Of a stretch of 64,000 nt of DNA, positions 29,459-40,479 are shown one piece after another. Positions within the stretch are counted from its first letter, which is position 1. Each line of letters opens with the position of its first letter. The stretch lies in the NCBI GenBank assembly GCA_965205025.1, contig CBDBFU010000011.1, forward strand, positions 32,001 through 96,000, read 5' to 3'. The notes beneath the pieces are model-generated. The model did no database searches and had not been told where the DNA came from. It saw only the letters and a list, made by a program, of their open reading frames with translations. Source of the DNA: Candidatus Poribacteria bacterium. Its GTDB lineage: Bacteria > Poribacteria > WGA-4E > WGA-3G. Both the position numbers and the translations under genes were made by a program.

Positions 29459-30138
29459 TTATATAAAGATGATTCCGATTATACCCATCCCCGTCATAAG
29501 AACTCCAAGAATTGTATACATTGGTACTATAGAACTTTTTTTCTGATCCTTTGACATAATTAATATTGACCATGCAGTGAATGCGATTCCACTGACAAAC
29601 ACCAAAGGTATAAATTGAGGACCTGGTGGATTAATCGTCTTTCATATACTATTTCATTTAAAAGTAGATATGTGTACCAACCTAAGGAATATACTCCTAC
29701 GGTAGAAGAGATCGTTACCCCCAATTTAACTCCACGGGTTTTTATTATTGGACTTTCATTCATAAAAACTTTCAAACAAGCTAAGAATGCGATACTGTAT
29801 AAGACCATACTCAATAGGGATATCCAGTAAGGTTTAGGAAATATTTGAACACTCGTCACTATACCTAAAAATACTATGCAACACCCTGATACAATCATAG
29901 TAGCATTCAATAGGCGTGATTGTTTGGATTGGCTGTCAACTGATAACGTGGATAAGCTTAATGTAATCCATTTTAAACCTAATAGAACAAAGATAATTCC
30001 TAAACTTATAGCATATTTCGGATGTATATAATATCCTGGTAGAAACATAATTAAAAGACAAATTGAGGGGTGTGAGGAATGACTAAACCAAGTATTTTGT
30101 TTTTTGAATATATGGTTTCTCAGATTAGTAAAAATCAT
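29459..30138 (-). pseudogene. Multi-pass membrane protein gene with a 1-nt frameshift near 29640
   Basis: Shifted frame continues TINPPGPQFIPLVFVSGIAFTAWSILIM...MYTILGVLMTGMGIIGIIFI-stop (two more TM helices). Confidence 0.65.
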
Positions 30139-30310
30139 TGAATATCCTGTGATGGTGTTTTGGTGCTGTGAAGTGACACCACTTCATGTATAGAATTCAT
30201 CAGGAAGATGCAACTACCTGTTTGTGGATATAAATATATTGTAAAACTATTACGAGATAAACGCAAATTAAATGTCCAATATCGTTGAAATCATAAGGTT
30301 AATAGCTCTA

Positions 30311-30889
30311 TTAGAATGGGATCAACTGCCTTGCATAGAGTAAACCAATTACACAGAGAATCGCGGTTAATGTTCGCTTCTCACTGTTTAACGCTCGTTT
30401 CCAAGAAAAGTCGTGGGATGATCGGGTAGGATATGGATGTAATTGAGGAAACAAACGAGGAACATCGTCATAATAAGATTGGTATATGGATCCACAGGAA
30501 TCCAAGAGATAGGACTCTTCAACTGAGATGATCGGTAGATATTGTACGAAATATCCAATTACCAAAATAGGTATGACCCATAACACATTAGCAATAACAC
30601 ATACACCAAAACTTAATATGAAATTACCAAGATATAAGGGATTACGGACATAACTGTAGGGTCCAGTCGTAACCAAATCACGTGCTGCCCCGAGTGCTGT
30701 TGCGCGAGTTGTTCCACCAGCATAGCCAACTGCCCACATTCTTAGACACTCACCTAATACGATAAAAAACGAACCGATAGAAACGGAGTACCATGTTGGA
30801 TCTGAAAAATAGAACATTATCAAAATAATAGGAATTGGCGTATAACTACGTACTTTGAAAAAGAAATTACCTATTTTTGATGATGTCAT
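30311..30889 (-). CDS. Isoprenylcysteine carboxyl methyltransferase (ICMT/PEMT) family membrane protein
   Basis: LVTTGPYSYVRNPLYLG, EESYL, VPR. Confidence 0.85.
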   Translation of the reverse strand: MTSSKIGNFFFKVRSYTPIPIILIMFYFSDPTWYSVSIGSFFIVLGECLRMWAVGYAGGTTRATALGAARDLVTTGPYSYVRNPLYLGNFILSFGVCVIANVLWVIPILVIGYFVQYLPIISVEESYLLDSCGSIYQSYYDDVPRLFPQLHPYPTRSSHDFSWKRALNSEKRTLTAILCVIGLLYARQLIPF

Positions 30890-30976
30890 TCGGCATAATT
30901 ATACAAAAAAATAATGAGTAATTTATCGGATGGAGTAATTCACAGGTCGAAATAATGATTCTATGGAGCAATTTTG

Positions 30977-32038
30977 CTATTTTGGTGTACGCCACATGAG
31001 GATACAACCAACGACTGCGTAAATTATATTAGTTCCCCAACAAGCTAAAAATGGATGTAGTTTACCATTCTCGCTCAATCCTTCAAGGGTAGCAAAAGAA
31101 AGTGCCCAGTAGATAAAGACGAGAAAAAATGCAATGACCAATCCAGCAAAGAAGCCTGCTTTACCAAAACGAATTGCAATTGGAGCTCCTAACAAAACAA
31201 CCACTACAGCAGCATAGGGATACGCTCTTTTATGATGTAACTTAACCTGTTCAATTCGTGTAATTTGTCCAGCATCCTTTTTATACGCAATCTGTTCTTT
31301 CAGTTCACTAATTGTCATGCCTCTGGGATCTTTGTTGCTTCCTATAAACCTTTCTGGATCTTCGTGGCGTTCTAAGGACAGATCCTCAAATGTTTCAAAT
31401 CCAACTTCAGTATTATCTTCAAATAATCGGATATTACCGTCTTTGAGTTCCCAGCGGGTAGGTGTCCAAGTTGCCTGTTTGGCATAAATGGCACGTTTGA
31501 GTTCTCCATCTGAATCTGATTCCCAAATAGTTAGCTTGTAAATACTTTTCTCTTTAACATTAATACTATGGGAATAGAATATACGATTCTGTTTACCCTT
31601 AAATAAGAGATTCCTTCCAAATCTCATTGTCACTTTTTTCTGCAGTACATTTGCTTCATGGTATGCTGGTGAAGCAAATCGGTCATAAAAAAATGAGAAA
31701 CCGATACATATTAATAGGGTTACTACAATAACAGGAGCTAAAATCCTATATACACTAATACCACCTGCTTTCATTGCAACGAATTCATTTCGCTTTACCA
31801 TACGTCCAAGAACAAAAAAGATTGCAACAAAACCGGAAACTGGAACGATTTCCATTATCCTTCTGGGAGCTTGATATAATACAATTTTTACTGCTGTAAG
31901 ATATGAAATCCCTTCGTCAAAGTGTTTTATATCCTTATCCAGAAGACGTACGATGATAACAAGTGCACTAAAAAAGATAAATCCTATTAAGAAGGATTTA
32001 AGATATTCTCTGATTAGATATTTATCAATTATCTTCAA
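30977..32038 (-). CDS. lptG: LPS export permease LptG-like
   Basis: KIIDKYL, NEFVAMKAGGIS, 3+3 TM architecture; tandem with lptF-like gene. Confidence 0.8.
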   Translation of the reverse strand: MKIIDKYLIREYLKSFLIGFIFFSALVIIVRLLDKDIKHFDEGISYLTAVKIVLYQAPRRIMEIVPVSGFVAIFFVLGRMVKRNEFVAMKAGGISVYRILAPVIVVTLLICIGFSFFYDRFASPAYHEANVLQKKVTMRFGRNLLFKGKQNRIFYSHSINVKEKSIYKLTIWESDSDGELKRAIYAKQATWTPTRWELKDGNIRLFEDNTEVGFETFEDLSLERHEDPERFIGSNKDPRGMTISELKEQIAYKKDAGQITRIEQVKLHHKRAYPYAAVVVVLLGAPIAIRFGKAGFFAGLVIAFFLVFIYWALSFATLEGLSENGKLHPFLACWGTNIIYAVVGCILMWRTPK

Positions 32039-32058
32039 ACCAGATTCCCTATTCTACC

Positions 32059-33261
32059 TTATGATTCCGCATTTCTATTCACGACAATAGGTAATTTCTT
32101 ATCTTTTTTTCGCCATGCTTTAAATATACCTTCAGTTAGCATATTGACTGTGAATAAAATTCCAATTACACCAATCACAAGATTTGGTAACCACATAGCC
32201 AATGCTGGATGGAATTGTCCAGTCATCCCTGTATTTTGCCCAACTTGCAAGAGAAGATAATACAACAGTATAACCCCTAAACCGATTCCAAATCCGATCA
32301 TTCTTCCGTTATGTTTTACGATAAATCCGAGTGGTATACCTATTAACCCAAATGCTAAGCAAGCAAAGGGGAGCGCGAATTTCTTATAGTATTCCACTCT
32401 TGCATACCGCAATCTATTCATAGCAATATCAGATTTTCTTTCTGGTTTTATCGAATTTTCGATATTTTGAATATGTGATTTGAGTTCACCAATCTGCATA
32501 GTTTGAGGATGTTGGGTTTTATAGTCTGATCTTTGAAGATTACGATTAAAATCCAGAATGATTTGTTGCTGTTGGAAATGTGTTATCCTAAATCCATCAG
32601 ACCCATCAGTTTCAGGTTCGTATGTTTCACCATCGTAAAGAGTTAACTTTGCATTTCCATCCTCAAAACCAAGACTTGCGGATTCGGCTAATGTATACCG
32701 GGGTTGTCCTTTTTTATATTCATCCCATATTTTTATTTTCTGTAGTCGTTCAGATTCTTCGTCAGTAGATTCAAACATCCAAAGTTTACCTTCTGATTCA
32801 AGCTCCTTCATTACTATTCCTTCTTCTAAAATTACTGCAGGATTATGTCTTTGTATAGCACGTTTAAGGGATACAGAAGCGAGTGTAGCTCGTGGTAACA
32901 CCAACTCCATCAACAATAAATCAATCCCACTTAAAAGCACCGTTACACATAATAGTGGAATCATTAGTTGATTGAATGAAATACCATGTGCCCTCATTGC
33001 TGTAATTTCATTATCTGTTGACATCCGACCTAAAGACAATAGAATTGCCACCAAAACAGCCATTGGAATTGAGAGGACAACCGTTGCAGGCATCACATAT
33101 AGTAAAGATTCTAATAAATAAAAAGGACTAACACCTTTTTTTACAAAAAGTTTTACAAGACGAAAAAGTTCATCAAATAATATGATAAATGTAAAACAAA
33201 TGAGTGATATTAAAAATGGTGGTGTGAATTCCTTAAGGCAATATCGTGAAATTATTTTCAT
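32059..33261 (-). CDS. lptF: LPS export permease LptF-like
   Basis: GRMSTDNEITAMRAHG, KKFALPFAC, WLPN. Confidence 0.8.
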   Translation of the reverse strand: MKIISRYCLKEFTPPFLISLICFTFIILFDELFRLVKLFVKKGVSPFYLLESLLYVMPATVVLSIPMAVLVAILLSLGRMSTDNEITAMRAHGISFNQLMIPLLCVTVLLSGIDLLLMELVLPRATLASVSLKRAIQRHNPAVILEEGIVMKELESEGKLWMFESTDEESERLQKIKIWDEYKKGQPRYTLAESASLGFEDGNAKLTLYDGETYEPETDGSDGFRITHFQQQQIILDFNRNLQRSDYKTQHPQTMQIGELKSHIQNIENSIKPERKSDIAMNRLRYARVEYYKKFALPFACLAFGLIGIPLGFIVKHNGRMIGFGIGLGVILLYYLLLQVGQNTGMTGQFHPALAMWLPNLVIGVIGILFTVNMLTEGIFKAWRKKDKKLPIVVNRNAES

Positions 33262-33477
33262 ACTTCTTATGGTTCTGTTCTTTTTACATATATTTGTTAG
33301 ATAGACAATTGATTCTTATGTATTAAATAGTTCATCATTTTTATTATCTTTAATTACAATTTACACTAATGAATTAAACGACAATCACATATATTAGTTA
33401 TAGGTTTTCAGATTTTCTTCAATTTATTTTATGTTTTTTATTAGAAATTGTATGGTTGACATGTTATCATGTGAGTT

Positions 33478-33945
33478 ATGAATATACCTTTGGACGCAAT
33501 TCAATTAACAGAGACAGACTTGTCTGAGTATTCAGTGTATCACTCCTCGGCACAAGAACTTTATTCACTAACAGCACCAGCTAAACCGGTTGCTTTGTTC
33601 GGTTGGCGAGATCGTTGGTGGTTAGACAATTCTGCTGGTAAACAAGTCAACTTGAACTATTGGTTATTTGAATCTCCTGATGATGCTCAAACTGCTGCAG
33701 ATAATGGACGTGTTCGTTTATCAGCACAAACAATCAGTAAAATAGGTGGACTTGAATCAGTATATCAACCCGTATCTGAAGAAGAATCTGAACTTGGAGA
33801 TATTGTGTGGCAGGCTGGAGCGAATTGGCTTTTTGTCCACGGTTCTTTTGTTGTATTAGTTGCAGAAGTTGGCGGACAAGTTCCTGCTGAAACTACCCTG
33901 GCAATCGCAAAAAAGATTAATAATAAAATAAAGGCGATTCAGTAA
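33478..33945 (+). CDS. Hypothetical protein
   Basis: 155-aa ORF filling the intergenic gap, natural composition. Confidence 0.65.
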   Translation: MNIPLDAIQLTETDLSEYSVYHSSAQELYSLTAPAKPVALFGWRDRWWLDNSAGKQVNLNYWLFESPDDAQTAADNGRVRLSAQTISKIGGLESVYQPVSEEESELGDIVWQAGANWLFVHGSFVVLVAEVGGQVPAETTLAIAKKINNKIKAIQ

Positions 33946-34042
33946 TAACCATATAATTTTATTTTAGGATGGATAAACCTGACAGTGGAATATATTCATT
34001 GTCGGTGCGTATCCATCCTTTTTATTTCAAAATCAATCTCAC

Positions 34043-35110
34043 CTAATAATCTTGAATCCAATTTTCCGATTGATATTCAAGTTGAATATTCTCCACCCCG
34101 CCAAAATGTCTATGTTCAAACCATGGTAAAGCTGATTCTGCGGCATCATTTGCATTATGGAAATTTGTTGTTGCCTCGTTTTCCAAGAACTGCGTTACTG
34201 CCCCAATATCAGGGAAGTAGTCCACAGCATCTTTCCATATTGCACGGCCACATAGGAATCCACTTGCGCCGGCTTCTGCTGCGAGTTTCACGTTTTCTAA
34301 GAACTCATCAATATCTACTCCTGCACTTAGAATTACCCACGGGAGTGTTGAAGCCGTGTCCAGCTTTTTACAGATTTCTTTAACTTCACTTAGACTATAA
34401 GCAGAGGCACCTGCATAGAAAGAACTATCCTTATACTCGTCAGTATATTTGAGATCTGCAGGGAATTCTAATTTGAGGATATCAACTTTATACGATGGAT
34501 CTGTAAATTCTTCCACACTCCGTATAACTAAATCCGGTTTCTGTTTTGCAAATTCCACGCTTTTTGTTGTTCCTTCCAGCGCATAACTTACAAGTTCAAG
34601 TAAGAACGGGATATCCTGTTTTTCACATTCATCTCCGACATGTCGAACGAATTCTTGCTGGTGTTTTAATGCTGGTGCTGAAGCATCGGGATGGTAATAT
34701 GCCAATAGTTTTATTGCATCCGCGCCAGCGCGTTGTGCTTTGGCAATTGTCCAATTTTGAATAGGATTGGATAACCGTTCATTTTCTCCTACACCTTCGC
34801 TGACATAACCAGATTCTTCATAAGCCAATAAGAGTGCGACGTCTCTTGGTATTTCTGTGATTGAATACGGATGCCCATAAATCGGATCGGTTAAAACTGC
34901 TGTGGAATTGGGTGCAAGTAGTCTCGTGATTAAGGTTTTAATTGATGCGACATCATCGTATTTTACATCTGTTTTTTCAATATTGAGAACTTCGGCAAGT
35001 TTTGTGACCATAGATCCTCGTTGGTCGATAGCCATCATTTTGAATCTTCCACTTGCATCAGCAAGTTTCATAATTCCTCTCAATTTTCCAGATGAAATAA
35101 CAGTAGCCAT
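34043..35110 (-). CDS. lacD: Tagatose-1,6-bisphosphate aldolase (LacD family class I aldolase)
   Basis: AIDQRGS, LLAYE, KLLAYY, DILKLEFP, LSAGV, GFLCGRAIW. Confidence 0.85.
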   Translation of the reverse strand: MATVISSGKLRGIMKLADASGRFKMMAIDQRGSMVTKLAEVLNIEKTDVKYDDVASIKTLITRLLAPNSTAVLTDPIYGHPYSITEIPRDVALLLAYEESGYVSEGVGENERLSNPIQNWTIAKAQRAGADAIKLLAYYHPDASAPALKHQQEFVRHVGDECEKQDIPFLLELVSYALEGTTKSVEFAKQKPDLVIRSVEEFTDPSYKVDILKLEFPADLKYTDEYKDSSFYAGASAYSLSEVKEICKKLDTASTLPWVILSAGVDIDEFLENVKLAAEAGASGFLCGRAIWKDAVDYFPDIGAVTQFLENEATTNFHNANDAAESALPWFEHRHFGGVENIQLEYQSENWIQDY

Positions 35111-35128
35111 TTAATTGTGTTCTCCTTA

Positions 35129-36232
35129 CTAATATTCGCGTTCAACGAAAAAATGGATAAGTGATAAAAAAAGATTCTTTGCTTTATTATCAGGTAAGTG
35201 TCCAAAATTGTCAGTAAACAGTTCTGCTGCTTGTTTGAGTAAAGTTTTTGAGTGTTGCTGTGCATATTCGATAGAATCATATTTATGCATTAATTTGAGA
35301 ACTTTCTCAATATCTTCTTCTGTTTTTTCAGATCGAGATCGAGCCATAATTTCAATTACAGCATCTGTTTCACTTGAGGTGCATGAGTTGAATAGGTGTA
35401 TGAGGACAAGTGTTCGCTTTCCTTCACTAAGGTCCCCTGCAATTTCTTTCCCATATCTACCGACATCGCCAATCAAATTTAATACATCGTCCTGAATTTG
35501 GAATGCAATTCCTAAAGACTTACCAATCTCAATAAAGACATCCGTCTCTTGATTTGAAGCACCAGCGATAATTGCTCCTACACGACATGGTGTAATACAT
35601 GTGTACCAAGCGGTTTTCTGAATACACATAGTGAAGTAATCGTTTTCATTCAAGTTCCACTGATTATTCCGTACCCAACTGAGTTCAATATGTTGTCCTT
35701 GAACAACTTGATTACTGAGTTGAATGAATTCGGAAAGGATTTGGAAGGAAAGTTGATGCCCGAGGATATCAGTATTTCGATGGAGTAGTTCCCACATTTT
35801 ACAATGTAAAGCGTCTCCAACATTGATAGCCATAGGGATACCATGTTTCTGATGTAGACAAGGTTCACCGCGTCTGAGTTCAGATCCATCTTCTATATCG
35901 TCATGAATCAGGAGCCAATTTTGTAGCAATTCGAGTGCAGCTGCGGTGTTTACCGCAAGCTTTGCATCTCCTTCAAGAGCTTCACAGATAAGAAGACACA
36001 GAGCAGGACGTAAGCCTTTCCCAGCACGGCGTGGATAGTCCAACATCATCTGATAAAGTTGGTGTATATCCTTATGTTCATGTGTATTAGGAAGGAAGTC
36101 AAAGATACATGCGTCTACTTTTTCTTTGACTTCATTGAGATAAGCACTGACGTGTTCTTTGGTTGGTGCGGGTTCACACCCAGGTTTAGGCATTGGTCTC
36201 TTTGTGTTTCCTGTCCTTCTCCTTTGCAGCAT
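35129..36232 (-). CDS. Polyprenyl diphosphate synthase (GGPP synthase-like)
   Basis: GKGLRP, HDDIED, RRG, KTA, FQIQDD. Confidence 0.92.
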   Translation of the reverse strand: MLQRRRTGNTKRPMPKPGCEPAPTKEHVSAYLNEVKEKVDACIFDFLPNTHEHKDIHQLYQMMLDYPRRAGKGLRPALCLLICEALEGDAKLAVNTAAALELLQNWLLIHDDIEDGSELRRGEPCLHQKHGIPMAINVGDALHCKMWELLHRNTDILGHQLSFQILSEFIQLSNQVVQGQHIELSWVRNNQWNLNENDYFTMCIQKTAWYTCITPCRVGAIIAGASNQETDVFIEIGKSLGIAFQIQDDVLNLIGDVGRYGKEIAGDLSEGKRTLVLIHLFNSCTSSETDAVIEIMARSRSEKTEEDIEKVLKLMHKYDSIEYAQQHSKTLLKQAAELFTDNFGHLPDNKAKNLFLSLIHFFVEREY

Positions 36233-36432
36233 GTATAGTTAAATTATATCACATGACAGGGGTAAAATCAAATTTATTGATTGGTTAGGGTGTGTATAAT
36301 TTTTGGCATTAAAGTACTGGCAGGTATCTTCTTCGAATCACGAAAAGTTTGTAGTCATGATCGGGGAATCGGAATCCTTCATGATAATTTACGGATAGTT
36401 TCCCATTAGACTTTTCGTCCCTACAGCACAAA

Positions 36433-37389
36433 TTAGTCTTGTCTTTTTATTTTTCCCCATGTAGATGTCAATAATTGCTCATTAGGCTTAACAGAAAGAG
36501 ATGATGCACCTGGATCATACCACACAGGATCAATATTAACACCTTCCCGAGTAAGCTGCACAGTCTTACTGGTTGCTATATCAACAGTGAAAATATGAAC
36601 TAGACCTCTAACTGACTTACTATATACAAGCTGTTTTCCATTCGGTGCCCATGCCAAAGAATAAACTCTTAACTGTTCTGTTGTAGTTATTAGTTTAGTA
36701 CCTGTCCCATCACCATTAGAAATATATATACCGTTGTCTATATCACTCCCACTCCAAGCGAAAGCAATTTTCTGACTATTAGGTGACCATCGAGGTAGTG
36801 TAAACCAAGGTTGCTTATGGAGTATTAACCTTTTATTAGTATTGGATTCAAGATCATATATGTAAATCTCTCTTTTCTTAACGTTAGAGATGACATAAGC
36901 GATCTTGGAACCATCAGCAGACCAGGATGGATCACCCCCCATTCTATGCGTTTGGATGGTTGGCTCAATATTTTGTCCATCTGCAGATGCGATGTGGATA
37001 TTCCAGTTTTTAGCAATTTTTGAGTATGCTACAAAAGCGATTTGTTTTCCATCAGGAGACCATACTGGTTCACGTTTATAATTCATCTGTTCAAACACAG
37101 GTTTCACGTTTGAACCATCTGCGTCCATAATATAAATATCATGGGTTCCACTACGTTCAGTACAAAAAAGTATCTTTTCTCCATCGGGTGACCATGCCAA
37201 TTGGTTTATTTTTCCTGATCGTCGGAGAAGGATTTGATGATCTTCACCATCTGGATTCATCATCTCTATTGACGAGGTGCCATTTTGCCAACTTACATAA
37301 GCAATTTTTTCCGTATTAGGTGCTGCTAACACTGGATACACGAACAACAAACATATACTATATATAAGAATTAATCGTAGAGTTTTCAC
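36433..37389 (-). CDS. Secreted TolB-like/PD40 beta-propeller protein with TW tail
   Basis: Repeated WSPDG motifs; ends VKPNEQLLTSTWGKIK. Confidence 0.85.
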   Translation of the reverse strand: MKTLRLILIYSICLLFVYPVLAAPNTEKIAYVSWQNGTSSIEMMNPDGEDHQILLRRSGKINQLAWSPDGEKILFCTERSGTHDIYIMDADGSNVKPVFEQMNYKREPVWSPDGKQIAFVAYSKIAKNWNIHIASADGQNIEPTIQTHRMGGDPSWSADGSKIAYVISNVKKREIYIYDLESNTNKRLILHKQPWFTLPRWSPNSQKIAFAWSGSDIDNGIYISNGDGTGTKLITTTEQLRVYSLAWAPNGKQLVYSKSVRGLVHIFTVDIATSKTVQLTREGVNIDPVWYDPGASSLSVKPNEQLLTSTWGKIKRQD

Positions 37390-37556
37390 AGGATTCCTCC
37401 AATTATTATACCAATTCTAAGTTCACATTATTGGCATTAGGAAATAGTTATTTATTTCAAGTTATTTCTATAAACATTCCATTCCTTGATTCGCGAGGCG
37501 AAAGGTGTATCCCTAAATTGACACCAATGATAATACTATGGACAACAACTGTTGGT

Positions 37557-38303
37557 CTATTCAATAGAAATCGTTACTGTATTAGATTCAAGTGATGTTT
37601 TCCCACGTAGAGATTTTATAGGCAAATATATATCCTGTAGTTGATCCTTATATTTTTCTCTAATGAAATCAATTTGATCTTGCGTGTAGCTAATTGCTTC
37701 TTTCTTAGCTTCGGGTGTGAACTGTGGACTTGTGTTATTCTGTATTTTCATTATCTCGCGTTCTAATTCGATAATCTGTGGATGTTGATCTTGGATGGAT
37801 TCTTTATATACCTCCATAACGGTTGTTACTTTGATGGTATATGTTCCCGGATTAAGTTGAAAGTGTGCAGACAGATCTTCTAAGGAGATGGTCTGGGTTT
37901 GAGTTGCTTTTAAATCATAACCCTTAACACACCTCATAGATTTTCCACCTTTGTAAAGTGTCTTTAGGGGAACTGAAGGGGCAACTGGTTTTGCCATCCG
38001 TAAGACCTGTCCATTACTATCTGTTACGGATAACTGTTTGAATACATTTGCTGTTGCAACGACTGAAAATGGTACCAACAGATCGAATTTTCCATTTTGA
38101 ATTTTTAGTTCAAGTGGTATTGATTCTCCAGATGTATAGGATGTTTTCGATGATGTAAGATCCAGAATTGCCAGTGCATCTGATGTCCCATTATTAGATG
38201 GAGACGCCTCTTCGACAGGGGTTTGGGTTTCTGTTTGCATACCACCCAAACATCCAAGTATACAAGTAATAATTAAAATATTAAGAATTGAGAGTGATTT
38301 CAT
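37557..38303 (-). CDS. Hypothetical lipoprotein
   Basis: ILGC lipobox; Ig-like beta domain with helical insertion. Confidence 0.7.
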   Translation of the reverse strand: MKSLSILNILIITCILGCLGGMQTETQTPVEEASPSNNGTSDALAILDLTSSKTSYTSGESIPLELKIQNGKFDLLVPFSVVATANVFKQLSVTDSNGQVLRMAKPVAPSVPLKTLYKGGKSMRCVKGYDLKATQTQTISLEDLSAHFQLNPGTYTIKVTTVMEVYKESIQDQHPQIIELEREIMKIQNNTSPQFTPEAKKEAISYTQDQIDFIREKYKDQLQDIYLPIKSLRGKTSLESNTVTISIE

Positions 38304-38367
38304 AAGTTCATATACCCCAAACGATATGTAATGTCAAGATAAGAAAACTAAAGATAACATATAGACA

Positions 38368-39462
38368 TTAACGTCTCTTATTCATGGTTATTCCTAAACC
38401 TGGAAGAGTGGATACATCAATAAATCCGTCAGTTATAGTTTCTGGTGGATTAACGAGTGTACTTCGCCAGTCCACTTCTCCCCAGGCATATTCAAGGATT
38501 CCGAAGTTTGGAATCGTTGCCATACACTGAACACTTGCTGCAGTTGCTACAGGACCACTTGGGTTGTGTGGCGTAATCTTCACATTGGTAGTTTCAGCTA
38601 ATGTTGCAATCTTTTTTAATCCTAACAATCCACCAACATGTTTTACATCCGGTAGGATATAATCAACTTTTACCTGTTTTAGTAGTCTATCAAAGTCTTC
38701 AAGTGTCCGTAGTTTTTCTCCTGTTGCAATCGGCATTGACGTAGATTGACTGACATGTGCTACAGCATCTAAATCCACCAATGGAATTGGATCTTCAATC
38801 CAAAAAAGACTTAGATCATCCAATTCTTTCGTTGTTTGGACAATTAACCCCGGATTAAATCGACTGTGGCAATCTACCATCAGATCAATATCTGGTCCGA
38901 TGGTCTCCCGTATAGTACGTAAACGATCAATCCCTTGACGAATAGCAGAATTGAGCGAGTTCTTAGAGATATCAGAAGCAGAAACACCGTCAAATGGAGC
39001 ACATTTAATCGCAGTAAATCCTTCGTCTACTGCCTTTTCAGCATTCTTAGCAAAGCCTTTTGGACTTCTGTCTATAGTTGCACGGTTAATATTGGCATAT
39101 AACCGAATCTGTGACCGACACTTACCACCCAACAACTGATAGCTTGGAACATCTAATGACTTTCCTGCTAAATCCCAAAGAGCATGTTCTATAGCACTGA
39201 TTACCGTATGTCCAGTATGTCCCTCGCTATTTCTGAAGAAACGTCTACGATAGGATTCAATATCGAAAACGTTAAATCCAATCAAGTCCGTTTCAAGTTC
39301 TTTGATGATCTGCTCTACACGTTCATCGTCTCTACTGTGCGAGGCTTCCCCGATTCCTATTGTCCCATCTTCAGCATGGACAATAACAAACACCCAATTA
39401 CCGCGATGGTTAACATGTATAATTTCTGTTTCAATAGATTTAATCTTGAGGGTCTGCATCAC
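38368..39462 (-). CDS. Enolase-superfamily sugar-acid dehydratase (galactonate dehydratase-like)
   Basis: ALWDLAGK, LYAN, KCAP, VDCH, IED, GE, PHNP. Confidence 0.88.
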   Translation of the reverse strand: MMQTLKIKSIETEIIHVNHRGNWVFVIVHAEDGTIGIGEASHSRDDERVEQIIKELETDLIGFNVFDIESYRRRFFRNSEGHTGHTVISAIEHALWDLAGKSLDVPSYQLLGGKCRSQIRLYANINRATIDRSPKGFAKNAEKAVDEGFTAIKCAPFDGVSASDISKNSLNSAIRQGIDRLRTIRETIGPDIDLMVDCHSRFNPGLIVQTTKELDDLSLFWIEDPIPLVDLDAVAHVSQSTSMPIATGEKLRTLEDFDRLLKQVKVDYILPDVKHVGGLLGLKKIATLAETTNVKITPHNPSGPVATAASVQCMATIPNFGILEYAWGEVDWRSTLVNPPETITDGFIDVSTLPGLGITMNKRR

Positions 39463-39540
39463 GCAGTATTTCCCATTATGTTAAGACAATGCGGTATAAT
39501 AAGCTAATACAATGCGGTATGTAATTAAATAATGCCATTC

Positions 39541-40188
39541 TTACGATACAGCTGCCCATTTTGCTGCTTGTGTGATGAATTTCTGCATTCCCTCGCGCTC
39601 GAATGTGCCTGGACCGTGTCCTAATGTAGTGTAAAATACACGTCCGTCACCGTAACTTTTTACCCATGCCATTGGATGGGATTTGCCGAACCATTCTGCT
39701 GTTGCTAATACCTGTAGATTTGGTTCATGTGCGGATATGTAGATTTCATCTTCAACATCAAAATCAGCAATACCTTGGGTAGTAGGATGCTCATTATCTT
39801 CAATATTTACCGTGAATGTTGATCCAGGTGGATGCCAATTTGCGTGTCCACCAATTAGGTCCACGGCGCGTCCACCGATCCACCATGCCGTACCGTGAAT
39901 ACCGACCAATCCTTTTCCACCCTCCACAAATTGGAACAATCCATCTTCTTGTTCAGTTGATAAATCAGGCACACGTTTAGTTGTTCCATCTTCTTGTCGT
40001 TCTGAACGTGTAAATCCAGTGCCGAAAACACATGCATCGTAATCGTCTAATTCTTTCGATGCCAAAACGGCTTTATCATCAGTTAACGTCGCTGAGATTT
40101 CTGCATCATCATCAAGAAATCCGTGAATCACACTTGCACTTGCATTAAATCGGTGGTTTTCACCTGATAGTACGAGTATTTTTGGCAT
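39541..40188 (-). CDS. ThuA-domain protein
   Basis: GKGLVGIHG, DEIY, GRVFYTTLGH. Confidence 0.88.
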   Translation of the reverse strand: MPKILVLSGENHRFNASASVIHGFLDDDAEISATLTDDKAVLASKELDDYDACVFGTGFTRSERQEDGTTKRVPDLSTEQEDGLFQFVEGGKGLVGIHGTAWWIGGRAVDLIGGHANWHPPGSTFTVNIEDNEHPTTQGIADFDVEDEIYISAHEPNLQVLATAEWFGKSHPMAWVKSYGDGRVFYTTLGHGPGTFEREGMQKFITQAAKWAAVS

Positions 40189-40356
40189 AATTGACTCCTT
40201 TAGAAATCGAATATTCTTATAATTTTGGTATATGTTGATAGTTTAGACAATAACCGATTTTCTGTCAATGTATTCTCTGATCTGAATAGTTTCTAGCGAA
40301 ATTATTTAGTATTTATTACTTGATGTTGGTTAAATGTGAAAAAAGAAAATGTGAAA

Positions 40357-40479
40357 AAAGTTACACTTTTTGTCACATAGTGTGACATTGTATAATCGCC
40401 CATCCGATCTGTTACAGACTGGATTTAGAGCCATTTTATTATAATTACGAGAATTTCCAAAATTGATGAATTTTGTGTC
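40357..40479. repeat. Second copy of module B
   Basis: Aligns with 7383-7515. Confidence 0.85.

Noticed and set aside
30145-30205. Nested hairpins upstream of the frameshifted membrane gene as a riboswitch
   Set aside because: Short stems, no recognisable aptamer consensus or expression platform
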